Part shown: positions 1 to 13,200 of the stretch, piece after piece
How the letters are laid out: every line of letters starts with the position of its first letter
Position numbering within the stretch: position 1 is the first letter of the stretch
DNA from: Octopus bimaculoides
Taxonomy: Eukaryota
Reading direction: 5' to 3'
DNA: 44,444 nucleotides
Assembly: GCF_001194135.2 (NCBI RefSeq)
Contig: NC_068983.1
Location: 106,095,676 to 106,140,119 of the forward strand
The notes under the pieces: generated by a model
Database searches by the model: none
Told to the model about the DNA's origin: nothing
Seen by the model: the letters and a program-made list of their open reading frames with translations, nothing else
Position numbers and translations under genes: made by a program

Positions 1-40
1 CATATATATACGTGTGTTTGGGTGCGTGTGTGTATATACA

Positions 41-131
41 TCTCTATATATAAAGATGATGCGTAGTCTAGACGGCGTTTTTAGATTTCATTACTCTCTT
101 TAACCCGGGCAACGCCGGGTATTTCTGTTAG
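41..131 (+). mobile_element. Short non-autonomous Helitron-like element (91 bp)
   Basis: Starts 5'-TC (TCTCTATATATAAAG) after an A at 40. Has a GC-rich subterminal hairpin ACCCGG-GCAACG-CCGGGT (103-120) and ends TTAG (CTAG consensus, 1 mismatch) before a T at 132. No TSD. Confidence 0.55.
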
Positions 132-417
132 TTCCTAATAAAAATAGATTCAGGATAAAACTGACTTTTTAGTCTGACAAATGCCTGTGACACTCTACAC
201 TATGAGATCACTGACAATACTTTTTGTTTGGAAGGACATACTTTTACATAGGAAGGACATCAAATCAAAAAAAAAAAAGTATAGCCTACACAGCAATAGA
301 GATTTGCTAGAGAGTTGTTGTGTACCAAATGACGGGCTGCATTGAATGGGAAGAGGTGATGTGACACCTGTCCAATTGATGTCAGCATGGGGAAACAGAT
401 ATGATGATGACAAGTAT

Positions 418-807
418 CTTCATCATTTAATGTCTACTTTTCTACACTTGCATGGGTCAGACGGAATTTTTGAGGTGGATTTTCTACAGCTGGATGCCAT
501 GCCTGTTGCCAACCCTTACCTGTCTCCAAGCAAGATAATATTTCCCTGTGGGCAGTCATGTTTTTCATGGAAGACTGGAAATGAATAACGTTGATGCTCG
601 TTTACAACCATCACATAATGTTAAAACAAGGGTGTACACACACAGACACACATGATGGTATGACAGGCTTCTTTCAGTTTCTGTTTGCCAAATTTGCTCA
701 CAAAGCTTTGGATGATCTGGGGCTATTGTCAAGGACGTTTGCTGAAGACACTGCACAGGACTGAACCCATGAGCATGTGGTTGGAAAGCATACAACCATG
801 CTTGCAC
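418..807 (-). mobile_element. Diverged tRNA-derived SINE, family A, with (GAT)n-type tail
   Basis: Reverse complement matches the copies at 9769-10147 and 11281-11655 (ccaaccacatg, gggttcagtcc, aaactgaaagaagcc, ggcatccagctgtagaaa). Ends are approximate. Confidence 0.6.
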
Positions 808-810
808 GTG

Positions 811-937
<127 letters not shown>

Positions 938-1151
938 CAGAACCTCTCAAAACTGGACACCAATATCTATGCATTATCAAATTATCTATGAAAATATCCA
1001 ACATAAAACGAATGTAAGTGATCCTCTCAACCTATGAATCTACAAACACTTTCTACTTTACAAGAATGGCCAACTCAAAATATATAGTACATACATGCGC
1101 GCGCACGCACACACACCTGCCTGTGTAATTCTTTTAATTCATATTTTTCAG

Positions 1152-1317
1152 CTCAGCCAATGCCACACCAGAATTTGAGGGTCGTGGAGGAGAGGTTTTG
1201 GCTACTGAAATTAGCACCATGTTGTCACAAGCCTATGGAAATCTGAATGCTCTTGACCTGAAATCCTTATGTGTCATTCCAAATTCGCAATGTTGGATTC
1301 TTTATGTTGATATTTTG
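1152..1317 (+). CDS. EXOSC7: EXOSC7 internal exon (SANATPEFEGRGG...WILYVDIL)
   Basis: Acceptor tttttcag at 1151, donor GTGAG at 1318. 166 nt, entering in phase 2. Confidence 0.95.
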
Positions 1318-4300
1318 GTGAGATTTGTCTATGTTTAATTATTATAATATGTAAGATTTGTATTTACTATTGTTTTTTTGTTTTTTTTTAACATCCCTTT
1401 GTTAATGTCCTTTAGAAATCTGCTCATATCAAAGATACTATATAGGGATATTAAATAAACATAGTATTTAACTGGTACTTAATGTTAGTATAGATAGATA
1501 ATCATCATCATAATTTTTATTACGTCTGCTTTTCCATACTTGCATGAGTTGGATGAATCGTTTCCTACAAGGTGTCTTGCATCAAGCTCCATTTTCTTTT
1601 TTGGCATGGTTTCTACAGCTTGATACACTTCCTAGTGCTAGCCACTTTACATAGTGTACTGGGTGCTTTTTACTTTGTGTCAGCACCAGTGCTTTTCATG
1701 TGGTACCAGCACCAGTGCTTTTTTATGCAGCACCAGCACCAGTGCTTTTTACGTGGCACCATCACTGATAGGATCAACAAGTACCTTTAGGTGTTCAAAA
1801 TACTTTGCCTGCAAATTGGTTCCTGTTGATGTACTTCACATGTTCCCATGCCATTTTTTGGCTTCAAAACTTTAACTCATAAATCCTGATTAACCACTTT
1901 TCTTATGGCCTTCTTCACTTTTTTTAAAGATATTCACATGCTCTGACCATCTACATTCATAACATACTTTATTTTTGTGTTCATAAATCTTTAGATTTTT
2001 ATCAGGTTCAAATTCTCTTTAGACTAAGAGATATTTGCATCTTTTAAGCCCTGCTTCCTTTCTGTGCGTGTACGTGTGACATCGGAGGCACAATGGCCCA
2101 GTGGTTAGGGCAGCAGACTAGCGGTCATAGGATCGCGGTTTCGATTCCCAGACCGGGCGTTGTGAGTGTTTATTGAGCGAAAGCACCTAAAGCTCCACGA
2201 GGCTCTGGCAGGGGATGGTGGTGAACCCTGCTGTACTCTTCCACCACAACTTTCTCTCACTCTTACTTCCTGTTTCTGTTGTGCCTGTAATTCAAAGGGT
2301 CAGCCTTGTCACACTGTGTCACGCTGAATGTCCCCGAGAACTACGTTAAGGGTACACGTGTCTGTGGAGTGCTCAGCCACTTGCACGTTAATTTCACGAG
2401 CAGGCTGTTCCGTTGATCGGATCAACTGGAGCACTCGACGTCGTAAGCGATGGAGTGCCAACAACGTGTGACATCAGATGCCGATAAATATTCAGGGAGA
2501 CAACTCTTTCCTATACGAACAATTTATGTTCCAGTTAGGTTTATTAAAGATCGACAGTAGTATTTAATAAAACTATTGATTCGAATTTCTGCACCTGTGT
2601 ACTGTGATGTTTACAGTTTCTGTCATTGTAGCTTTCTGATACAAAACAATTATGGCTCTTTTATCATTATCATCATCATCATCATCATCGTCGTTTAACG
2701 ACCGCTTTCCATGCTAGCATGGATTGGACTATTTGACTGAGGACTGGTGAAACCAGAAGGCTGCACCAGGCTCCAATCTGATTTGGCAGAGTTTCTACAG
2801 CTGGATGCCCTTCCTAACGCCAACCACTCCGAGAGTGTAGTGGGTGCTTTTACGTGCCACCCGCACGAAGGCCAGTCAGGCGGTACTGGCAACAGCCACA
2901 CTCAAAATGGTGTATTTTATGTGCCACCCGCACAAGAGCCAGTCCAGGGGCACTGGCAACGATCTTGCTCGAAAGTTCTTACACATGCTGCGGGCACAAG
3001 TGCCAGAAAGGCGACGCTGGGCACAGGTGCCATCACAATTTCGCTTTCGCTGGAGGTAGTGATCATGGTATTCTTTGGTCATCGGAGATCAATGAGATTC
3101 TGTTAACACTCTGCTTAAACTGCCGAGAGTCAACGGCTGCATGCCTGGAATTTCGTGAGAGAGCAAGAAGGGAAACGTTTTGAAGAGAAAGGACTGGGCG
3201 TCGTGGTGAAGTTAGGGTTAGGGAAGTTGAACACAAAGTGGATGAAGGGAAGAGACGAGTGAGACAGCTCACTCTGAGAATTACATACCATTGTAGAAAA
3301 GTTAGAGAGAGGAGACATCATGTCTGTTGCTTAGAGACTGGAGTTTTTGTGAGTGACTTTATAACAGTCAGTCAACTGGTATTTCTCTGGGTGTGACTTT
3401 TTAAACATTGAATGTCATTTGTTCAATTTTCCAAATACTTTAATGTGTAAGGACTTTCGAGCGAGATCGTTGCCAGTGCCCCTGGACTGGCTCTTGTACA
3501 GGTGGCACATAAAATACACCATTTGAGCGTGGCTGTTGCTAGTACCGCCTGACTGGCCTTCGTGCCGGTGGCACGTAAAAGCACCCACTACACTCTCTGA
3601 GTGGTTGGCGTTAGGAAGGGCATCCAGCTGTAGAAACTCTGCCAAATCAGATTGGAGCCTGGTGTTGCCATCTGGTTTCACCAGTCCTCAGTCAAATCGT
3701 CCAACCCATGCTAGCATGGAAAGCGGACGTTAAACGATGATGATGATGATGATGATGATTTACTGTTATTTGAGATTCTGATATCTGTAAAAAATTTTGT
3801 AATCAGTGGAGAGCTCCTTCCTTTTTTCATTTAACTTTTATTTGTTTTTCATAGGGGTGTGGCCATGCTGGAGCACTGCTTTGAAGGGTTTAGTCAAATG
3901 AATCAACCCCAGTACTTATTTCTTTTTAAACCTGGTACTTACTTATTCCATCAGTCTCTTATGCCAAACTGCTACGTCACAGGTACATAAGTGAACCAGT
4001 GGTGGAGGGCAAACACAGACACCCACCCACAAATGATGAGCTTCCACACAATTTCCACCTATAAATTTACTCAAGGGACTTGGTCAGTCTGGAGCTATAC
4101 TAACCGCATAGCTCTGCCTGCACCGAACCTTAATTAATATTGATACAATTCAAGAGAAAGTGATAATTTCTTTCTACACCAAGGTGAAGGATGACAGAAT
4201 TGGTAGAGCATTGACCAAAATACTTTGTGGTATTTACATTTCTGTGGTTTTAATTCAACTCCTGTTCTGCACAGCTCTGTCTATGTCTTCCTCCTAAAAT

Positions 4301-7300
4301 CATTACAGGAAGTGCCAGTCTGTAAGTACTGCAGTTAGTATAATTGACTATGAGCTTGAAGATAACAACAATCCAGCATAGCCACAATCAAATGACTGAA
4401 AATAATAAAAGAATCAGAAAGCATAAATTCAATGCTTTCTTATTTCATGAATTGGATTGTAAGCAAGCTTATAACTATAAGGGAGTTTCTATATGGTTAC
4501 TTGACCAAATCTTTAGATTACACCCATTAAAAAATAAAAAAAGGATTGAATGGATAATTAATCTTTCCTAGGTATATTATGATAGAGTAAAAGACAGGTT
4601 GGTCACATCTGGAGTTCCTTTGATCATAATTCTGCTCAGCTAGGGTGAAGGTACCTAAAACAAGTGAAGGCATATTGCATGCTGCTACCAAATCATGTTC
4701 ATTTGTGAGTGATGGGTGAATTAGTAAGGAATGTGTCATGTGTCATGTCTTTATATAAGACAGCAAGGTGTCATTTGAAGGAGATTTGATTAATATAATA
4801 TAATATGCTTAGCAACATGTGAGGTTTTTCCATAGGCAACAGACACAGCTCTGTGTCTGCACGGACGAGAATAGGCCAACTTCTAATTCATGTCAGTTTT
4901 CATTAGTGGGAAAAACAAGGTTGTATAAATGATTGAAGGTAAAAAAAAAACAATATTACACCTATATTCACCTACATGAAAATATGCAAATAAGAAAAAA
5001 AGATACAATGACATTTTTATTAGATTGATAATTTGAAAAGTATTTTATGATTTCATTTTGTATTTTTGAAGATATCACTTTTGATTGTTGTCCTTTTATA
5101 TCATCATATTAATTTTGATGATTCTTTTTGTCCTTCCAGTTACTTGAATGTGGTGGTAATTTGTTTGATGCTGTCTCAGTTGCTGTTAAAGCAGCTCTCT
5201 TTAATACCAGGTAAATTATCTTTACAATTTTCAGTTTGATTTTTTCTGTGGATGCTTTACCGAACAATTTTGCTATATTGTGAATCTATTAACGAAGTAT
5301 TCATTTTGTAAACAAGAACTTTCTAACTTATTTTATATATAATATTTGTAATTTATGAATACTTTGCCTAAGGGCTTTGCTATATTATGGAAATATTAAT
5401 ATTGCACAAGAAACTAGATGTTATAATCCTTATCTCTTATTTATTTTTAGTACAGTACTTGTAAATTTTGTTCTTTAAATGTTGTGATTAGAAGCTGTAT
5501 GATAAATAGAGAAAATACTATATAACACTTCTGGTTTACATACATATTTATTCATTGTAATAATCATAATGTGCATAGTCTGTTTGATGGTAGCATGTTG
5601 TATGGACAGTTTTGGTGATACTGTGTAGCATTGACTAGATTTTGTGGTAGTAATATGCATCATACGTTGAAAGATTTTGATTGTGGATCATGGGTAATGT
5701 AGTCTCTTACCTGTTAGGTAATTGCTACTGTTATCCTGTTAAGTTGCAAGTAAAGTTAAACCTTTATTCCTTTATTCTCCTTTGTTTCAGAATCCCCAAT
5801 GTGTCTGTTCTAAAAGGTGATGAAGGTCAAATGGAACTGGAGATATCAGATGATCCATATGATGTCAAACAACTTGACACAACATACTGTCCATGTTTGG
5901 TAACTTTAAGCAAGGTCGGTGAAATATTCCTAAATGACTAAAGTTGTTACTTTTCCTGCAGCAGAAGTTATAGATTCTATTTTTCAGAAATTTCCTCTTG
6001 ATTAAATTTAGTAACATTTCTAAAATAGGCAAGCTACAACTATAATTTAAGTTTAATAAGTGAACCTCTAACTGAATGACCTAAATTTATTAATTTCTAC
6101 TGTGACTGCAACAGTAAGATACTGAAATACATGGAGTGGTGTATTCACTGATTTAGGCAAGAAGATTTTCTGATTTTATAGAAATGATTTCCTTTTGCTC
6201 AAATTTATCAAGCTGTTTGACATTCACTACATTCATCATGGTATTTTATCTCACTCTAGCTTACCAAATAGCCAACTAAAGTACATTATTCAGAAACCAT
6301 CTATTTTGAAAGAGTTATCAGTATATAAAGCTTTTAAATACAGGTGCAGGCATGGTTGTGTGGTAAGAAGTTTGCTTCTCAGCCGCATGTTCTTAGATTC
6401 AGTTCCACTGCTTGGTACTTTAGGCTTGTCTTCTACTATAGCTCCAGGCTGACCGAAGCCTTGTGAGTAGATTTGGTGGATCTAGTTTTTTCATTCGTAA
6501 AATATCCATTTTTTTAAAAGGAAGTAAAAAATCTGAAAATTGGCTATAATAATGTAGCCTTCCAGTCTCATTGCTTTGAAGGTATGATGTTGTGGAGAAA
6601 AAAGTTACAGGGGTTTAAAAATTGAAAAAACTGGGTATTTTTAGCCAATAGCGAGACAGAAATTTTCTGCATTTAGCGGATCGGTGTCAACTTTTAGGTT
6701 ATACCCTGTGAAATTTATAGTTTAGCATCTGACCTGTTCATTGTAGGTTTCTAAATAAACAGAAATTTCATTGTAGGTTTTTAAATAAACAGAAATACCT
6801 AATAAAGGCGGCGAGCTGGCAGAATCGTTAGCACGCCAGGCAAAATGCTTAGCGGTATTTCATCTGCCGTTACGTTCTGAGTTCAAATTCCGCCGAGGTC
6901 GACTTTGCCTTTCATCCTTTCGGGGTCGATAAATTAAGTACCAGTTACGCACTGGGGTCGATGAAATCAACTTAATCCCTTTGTCTGTCCTTGTTTGTCC
7001 CCTCTATGTTTAGCCCCTTGTGGGCAATAAAGAAATAAGAAATACCTAATAAAATCAACATGTTTCATCTTAAGGTTTCTTTTGTCTCTTTGTTGATTGT
7101 ATTTTTTTAATTTGCTACTTTAATATATTTGTCTGCATGTATTTACGTTAGGCGTATTTCAGTATTATGTATACCTGCCATGTATTTATGTACATCATTA
7201 ATATATAAATGCATGTGTGTGTGTGTGAAAGAGGGCGTCTGTCTCCAAAACTCCAAAGTTGAATAATGTTTTCATGCTTGGATTTGTAAACTACGATAAG

Positions 7301-10158
7301 AATAACACTAGTCAACAAAGAATTTGTCTCAAGGAAAAGAATATCTGTATCTTGTATATTTTTGCATGCAGAATTCAAAAATAATGTCAAATTATCTGTA
7401 TCACCCACAGTTTCTCTTTTCCACGATATCCCTCTCAGTTCCTGTTATGTGGGCTAAGTTTCAGTTAAGCTGTTGAAATGTGTTGCTAATGGTTTAAGAA
7501 ATACTCCTAATTAAAATTTTTATGAATAGAATTAACCTAGTGAAATCATAAATCCAGCTATCTGAATCAATGAGTCCCAAAAATATATGAAATGAAAAAT
7601 ATGTAAAAATACTAACATACAGAAAAATACTAACACATAGAAGCACAGAAAAATATGTAATTTACTGACACATAAAAAATTAAAACAAAATATGCGAGTG
7701 AAAAGAATCTCATGAAAAATCAACATAGACAACAACAGTACAGACAACAGTGAACCCACAACGTGCAGTTGTCATGGTAACAAGCTGGTAATACCACGCT
7801 GTCTGTTGATTGGCTAAAATTACCTAAATTTCCCAAATTTAATTCCAAATAACATCAGATTCTTTAATTTATGAGATAAAGTAATTGGTTGATCATAATC
7901 AAAATTCAGAGTTGCATCGATACACCAAAATTGAAAGCAATCTGAGCAAAATTAAGTGGGACTCATTTTACGAATGAGAAAGACTAGATCCGATTTGCTA
8001 GATGGACACTAAAAGAAACCCATCGCATATATAGATAGATGTAGATGTATGTATTACTGTCTCCTTGCCTTGACTTCATCTTATATAATGAATGCGAAAA
8101 TTAATTTGTGTGTCAATGTGTCACACTTAGACACCTTCTCTCACTATTCAATGACAATCCTATTTCTCACAATGGGGTGAGAGTAATAGTAGGCATAGAG
8201 ATTGTGAGGGCAGTGGCGAAGAGAGAGAGACAAAGAAATTTAAGGAGAGTTGATGATGTTTTATTAAAAGTAGTAGTGTTGATGGTGGCAGTGGGAGTAA
8301 TAATAAAAAAGAAAGAGCGAGTATGTGAGAGAAAGAGGGAGATGCTGTACAACTTTGTTAAGCCATGTCTCTGACAGAAATTGCTGTCGCCCACATGCTG
8401 AATACTATCATTTTAGTGATGACCACACCCCATTCTTTTTTCATTATATTCCCCACCCTAAAAGAAGTCATCATCCTTGAATTCATATCTCATGCCAGTA
8501 GCTATACAAGGGTAAAATACTAAGTAAATAAATGGTAAAAAACATTCCAAATTGAAAAAAAATCTCTCCCCCTCCCTTTCTGTCTGTCTACCTGTCAATC
8601 ATCTACCAATCTATCTATCAATCTATCTATTTCTGTGGTGGTGGTGGTGGTAGCCGGGGCAGTCACGGTTGATAGTGATAGTAAGTGATGTGAAAGACAG
8701 TGGTGATGGTGGTGGAGGGGAAGGCAGTAGCATCAGAAGTCTGAATGGTGTGTATGGTAGTAAAAGACAGAGAGAAAGAGGTTAGATAGAAAAAATAATT
8801 GTACTGACCCCTGAACGGGAAGACAAAAAATGTTGTTTATCATGCAGCTTTGCAATAACTTTGAAGTCGACAAATTATATCATTGTTTTGATGTAAATTG
8901 TTCATTGCTTGAAAAATATTGGTCAAGTTTAATAAAATTCAATATGTACTCAATGCATGAAGTGTCATTGTTGGGCCCAAGGCCTAATGAAGATCCCCTC
9001 CATAGGAGCTAGATTAAAAGCTGCCTGATAGGGTGGCTTTTAACCCTTTAGCATTCAGATTAATCTAACAAATGTAATGCTTATTGATTTACATTATTTT
9101 GAATTCATCATGCACTATCACATAATTTCGAGATTTCGATGATGTGACTGTTTATTTTTAACATGACATTGTAGGATAGGTGTGAGCGGCCAGATCTGGC
9201 TGACTTGAAGATGAAACAGGAAGAATATTTTGGCCGGATATGGCCAGTTTGAATGCTAAAGGGTTAAGCTAGTGTGATAGATATGAATGACTGTCTCCCT
9301 CATGCAAGTGGTGTCCTTCATTTCCAATCTTCTATGGAAACAGGTGATGGTTGGCAAAAGGAAGGGCATCTTGCTGTAGAAACCCCATCTCATCAAGTTT
9401 TGCCCAACTGATGCAAGCATGGAAAAGTGGACATTAGAACAGTGATGATGGTGATAGCTTTAAGATATAACAAAATATCTACATTCCCTCCCAAATTAAA
9501 TGTATAAACTGAGTAAAGAAATTAAATTTTTTGACTAAAGAAACAAAAAGAATTATTGGAATTTTAACTTGTATTTTCAGATTGGTTATTTTCATGTTGT
9601 TGATGCCAGCCCTAAAGAAGAAGCTTGTTGCTTAGCCAGGTTATTATCATTTCTATTAGTTTCATTTCCCTATAAATTTTTTGGATGTTTGAAAGTTTAT
9701 GGAGCTGAATGCTGTACCTATACACATTTCTTAACTCTGAATTAGAAGTTATATAATATTTAATATATGGGTGCAGGTGTGGCTGTGTTAAGAAGTTTGC
9801 TTTCCAGCTGCTTGGCACCAGATTCAGTCTCATTGCATGGCACTTTGAGCAATGCCTTGTGACTGGATTTGGTTGATGAAAACTGAAAGAAGCCCATTGT
9901 GTGTGTGTGTGTGTATGTGTCTGTGAGAGTTGGTGTCTCCTTGTCATGACATTGCATTGTTGTAAATGAGTATCACTGTCATACAAGTGGTGTCTTGTTT
10001 CCAATCTTCCATGAAAATATGTTTAGTCATGGAGAAAAATTACCTCATTTGGAAATAGGTGAAGATTGGCAAAATCTGCTGAAATAAATTTCACCCGACC
10101 AATGTAAGCATAGAAAAGTGGTTGTTAAATGTCATCACCAATGATGATATATTATAGT

Positions 10159-10211
<53 letters not shown>

Positions 10212-13200
10212 ATATATGTATATATATATATATTTCGGCACTGGCATGGCTGTGTAGTAAGAAGCTTGCTTCCCAACCACATGGTCCCGAGTTCAGTCCC
10301 ACTGTGTGACACCTTGGGCAAGTGTCTTCAACTACAGTCTTGAACCAACTAAAGCCTTGTGAGTGTAGACGGAAACTGGAACAAACCTGTTGTATATGTA
10401 TTTGTGTGTTTGTTCCCCCACCATCGCTTGACGACCAATGTTGGTGTGTTTACATCCCTGTAACTTAGCAGTTCAGCAAAAGTGACTGATAGAATAAGTA
10501 CCAGGCTTATAAAGAATAAGTCCAGGGGTTGATTTCCTCAACTAAAAGGCAGTGCTCCAGGATGGCGACAGTCAAAATGACAAATAAGTAAAAGAATAAA
10601 AGCATATACATATATATATATATATGTTAGATGTGAGTATTACATCCCTTGATTATTTTTGTTTTCTACTCTATGTGATTGGGTGCTGCTAAGTTCCTGG
10701 CTTTAAAGGTACTGCTAAAAGGTCTGGTTTGAGGCCCACTCTTCAGAGTTCTTTCACAGGGATAAGAAAAATTGAAGGACTGCTGCAATAAGTGTGTGAG
10801 TCCAAGAGGCGAATATGTTAATAGAATAAAATCATAATTAACTGAATCCTTCTGTATTTTCTTTTACCCAAAGCCAGGAACTTTTCAGCACCCCCTCATA
10901 ATATGAAATGCTAGTAAAATGTTGGGGTTGATTTAGACTCTCTGTCTTTTAGAATTCATGTGTTGCTGTGATTATTATTGTTATTATACTCCCTTTTAGT
11001 CATGGGGACTCTTTCATCTTGTGAGTTATTTGGCAGCCTCCTAGTGCTCATGCTACAAAAGAAAGCCACTAACTACATTCTGTAAAGTAGATGTTAGGAA
11101 GGGGACTGACTTGTAGGAGCAAAATAAGGTTCTCCAACACATGCCATCATGGAAAGCAGACATTAAATGAATATGATATATGCTGTGCTTTCATAGTTTC
11201 TAGCTTCCAAATCTACTCACAAGCACAGGTTAGTTCAAGGTTACACTAGGACACACTGCACCAGTGAACTCTGTACCCTCAGCCATGATTTCTCAACCAC
11301 ATGGTTTCAAGTTCAGTCCTACTGTGGCACCTAGGGCAACTTTTTATACTATAACCCCAAGCTGGTCAAAGCCTTGTGAGTGGATTTGATAGATGGAAAC
11401 TGCAAGAATCCCTTCATATGTATATGTTTGTGCCTACTTGTCTTCAAATTGCATTATAGTTGTAATGGATTGTCACTGTCATATAAGCTGTGTCATTCAT
11501 TTCCAATATTCTGCAAGAACATGTCTGGCTAAGGAAAAAATATTACCTTGCTTGGAAACAGATGAGAGTTGGTGACAGGAAGGGCATGAGGCCATAGAAA
11601 ATCTGGCCCATTGCAAACTTGTAAAAGGGGCATGTTAAAACAACGATGGTGATTTATCACTGATTCAGTTGTGATAGTAGGATAAATATGAAAGGTGTAT
11701 TATTTCAGGTATAGTTAATTAGCAGTGAAGATAAACAACCGGTGCTTGAATAAGAGAAGAAATGCCATGAAATTTAATACCTTACAAAAATGTTCATTAA
11801 TAATAATTAACTACTTGATCAAGTAGTTATGTGCTAAATTGGAGAGGTTTTTATTTTTTAGAAATTGGACATAATTATGTCCAGAGAAGATGTGAGTTAA
11901 TATATCATGGTGAGCATGAGACCAGTTTTGATGTTATACTAAACTATATTTCTTAGAATTCCTTACAGTCACACTCACTAACACCTATAGACAACTACCA
12001 TTTGTATGTGGAAAAGTGTTTTGGGGTTCACAACAAATTTAGTGTAATTTTTACATCAAAGACTTTAATTTTGATTTATTAATATTTTTATTCTAGATTA
12101 ATAATGGGTGTTACAGAAAGTGGTGTAATAACTGCAATGAAGAAGGAAGGGTCCGGAAGTTTAGATCCTGAGAGTATATATGATATGATGGAGGTAAGAT
12201 ATTTCCATCTTGATATATTTTGTGAAAATACTTTTTATTTTTATTTTAAATTCAATTTAAATTGTGAAGACATTATAACATTTAACAGTTTGTTTTATTA
12301 ATTGGGTACTTCATCATTCACTTTCCTGAGTTGATAAATGAGTACCAATATAGTTCAAGAAACATAAGCCAGTCCCAATAAAGTTTAATGTGCTGCCAAA
12401 TCAAAATACTTGATAAAATATTGATGTAACTATTGGATTGTAGAACTAAACCATATTTTTTTTTTTTTTTTTTTTTTACTTGTGAGCATAAATTGGCAGC
12501 ATGAACTACAGTGCGAACTACAGTGCTGTCACTTATTGTACTTATATATACACAAGTAGATATAGACATTTTCTTGGACCTACTATCCTTCACTGGAACA
12601 TTGAGGATATGAGAGCTGGAAGGAAAGAGAGAGAGGGCTGCATTAATACTTGGCAGGTATTCATTTTAATGACACAACACTCATCCAGAGCCAGGAACCA
12701 AACCTGTGACTTTGTGATCAAGAATACAACACTTAATTACTGGGTCACACACGTTGACCCTTTGATAAACATTTTACTATAAACATCTTTAATAAGTTCA
12801 ATCTACAAGTCTTTTCCCAAGATATATATATATATATATAAAACATTGAACAGAAAGTACAAATCATTATTGTTTTCAAAATTATAAACTTCTGATTTGG
12901 TTACATGTCAAAGTAATGTGTTTGTAACAAAAAAAAGTAAATGATTTGATTTATACATATTTATTTACTAAAAATATTTGTACCGAGCAAATAAAAATAA
13001 TCCCATCAGCTGGACCTTAATATACAATTGGGATTGTTTGTTTAAAAAAAAACACAAAACAAATCCATTATATGTAAGCCCAGTGAATATTATCAATTTG
13101 TCATGCAAAGAAAAAAAAGTCATGAGACTTATTTGTTTTTGATATTAAAATAAGTTAGTCCCAAAGTGTCATACCTTGTATTTTTTATTTCAGACTGGAA

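Larger units (their letters stand above)
6343..8095 (+). mobile_element. SINE family A split in two (6343-6477 and ~7992-8095) by a DNA-transposon insertion
   Basis: The head ends ...gtgagtagatttggt. The body resumes gatttgctagatggacactaaaagaaacccatcg, matching the gatttgatagacggaaactgaaagaagcccgt seen in the copy at 22957-23288. Confidence 0.75.

Noticed and set aside
1681-1759. Three 26-27 bp direct repeats, superficially CRISPR-like
   Set aside because: Head-to-tail units with no spacers, inside a decayed retroposon in a eukaryotic intron.
2084-2160. tRNA-like heads here and at 6807, 29973 and elsewhere as possible tRNA genes
   Set aside because: They continue into SINE bodies with TSDs, and I could not fold a complete cloverleaf.
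2695-3733. Several 63-119 aa ORFs in the inverted repeat and spacer
   Set aside because: They lie in retroposon 3' sequence. Translating the spacer's reverse strand gave no RT or endonuclease motif I could recognise.
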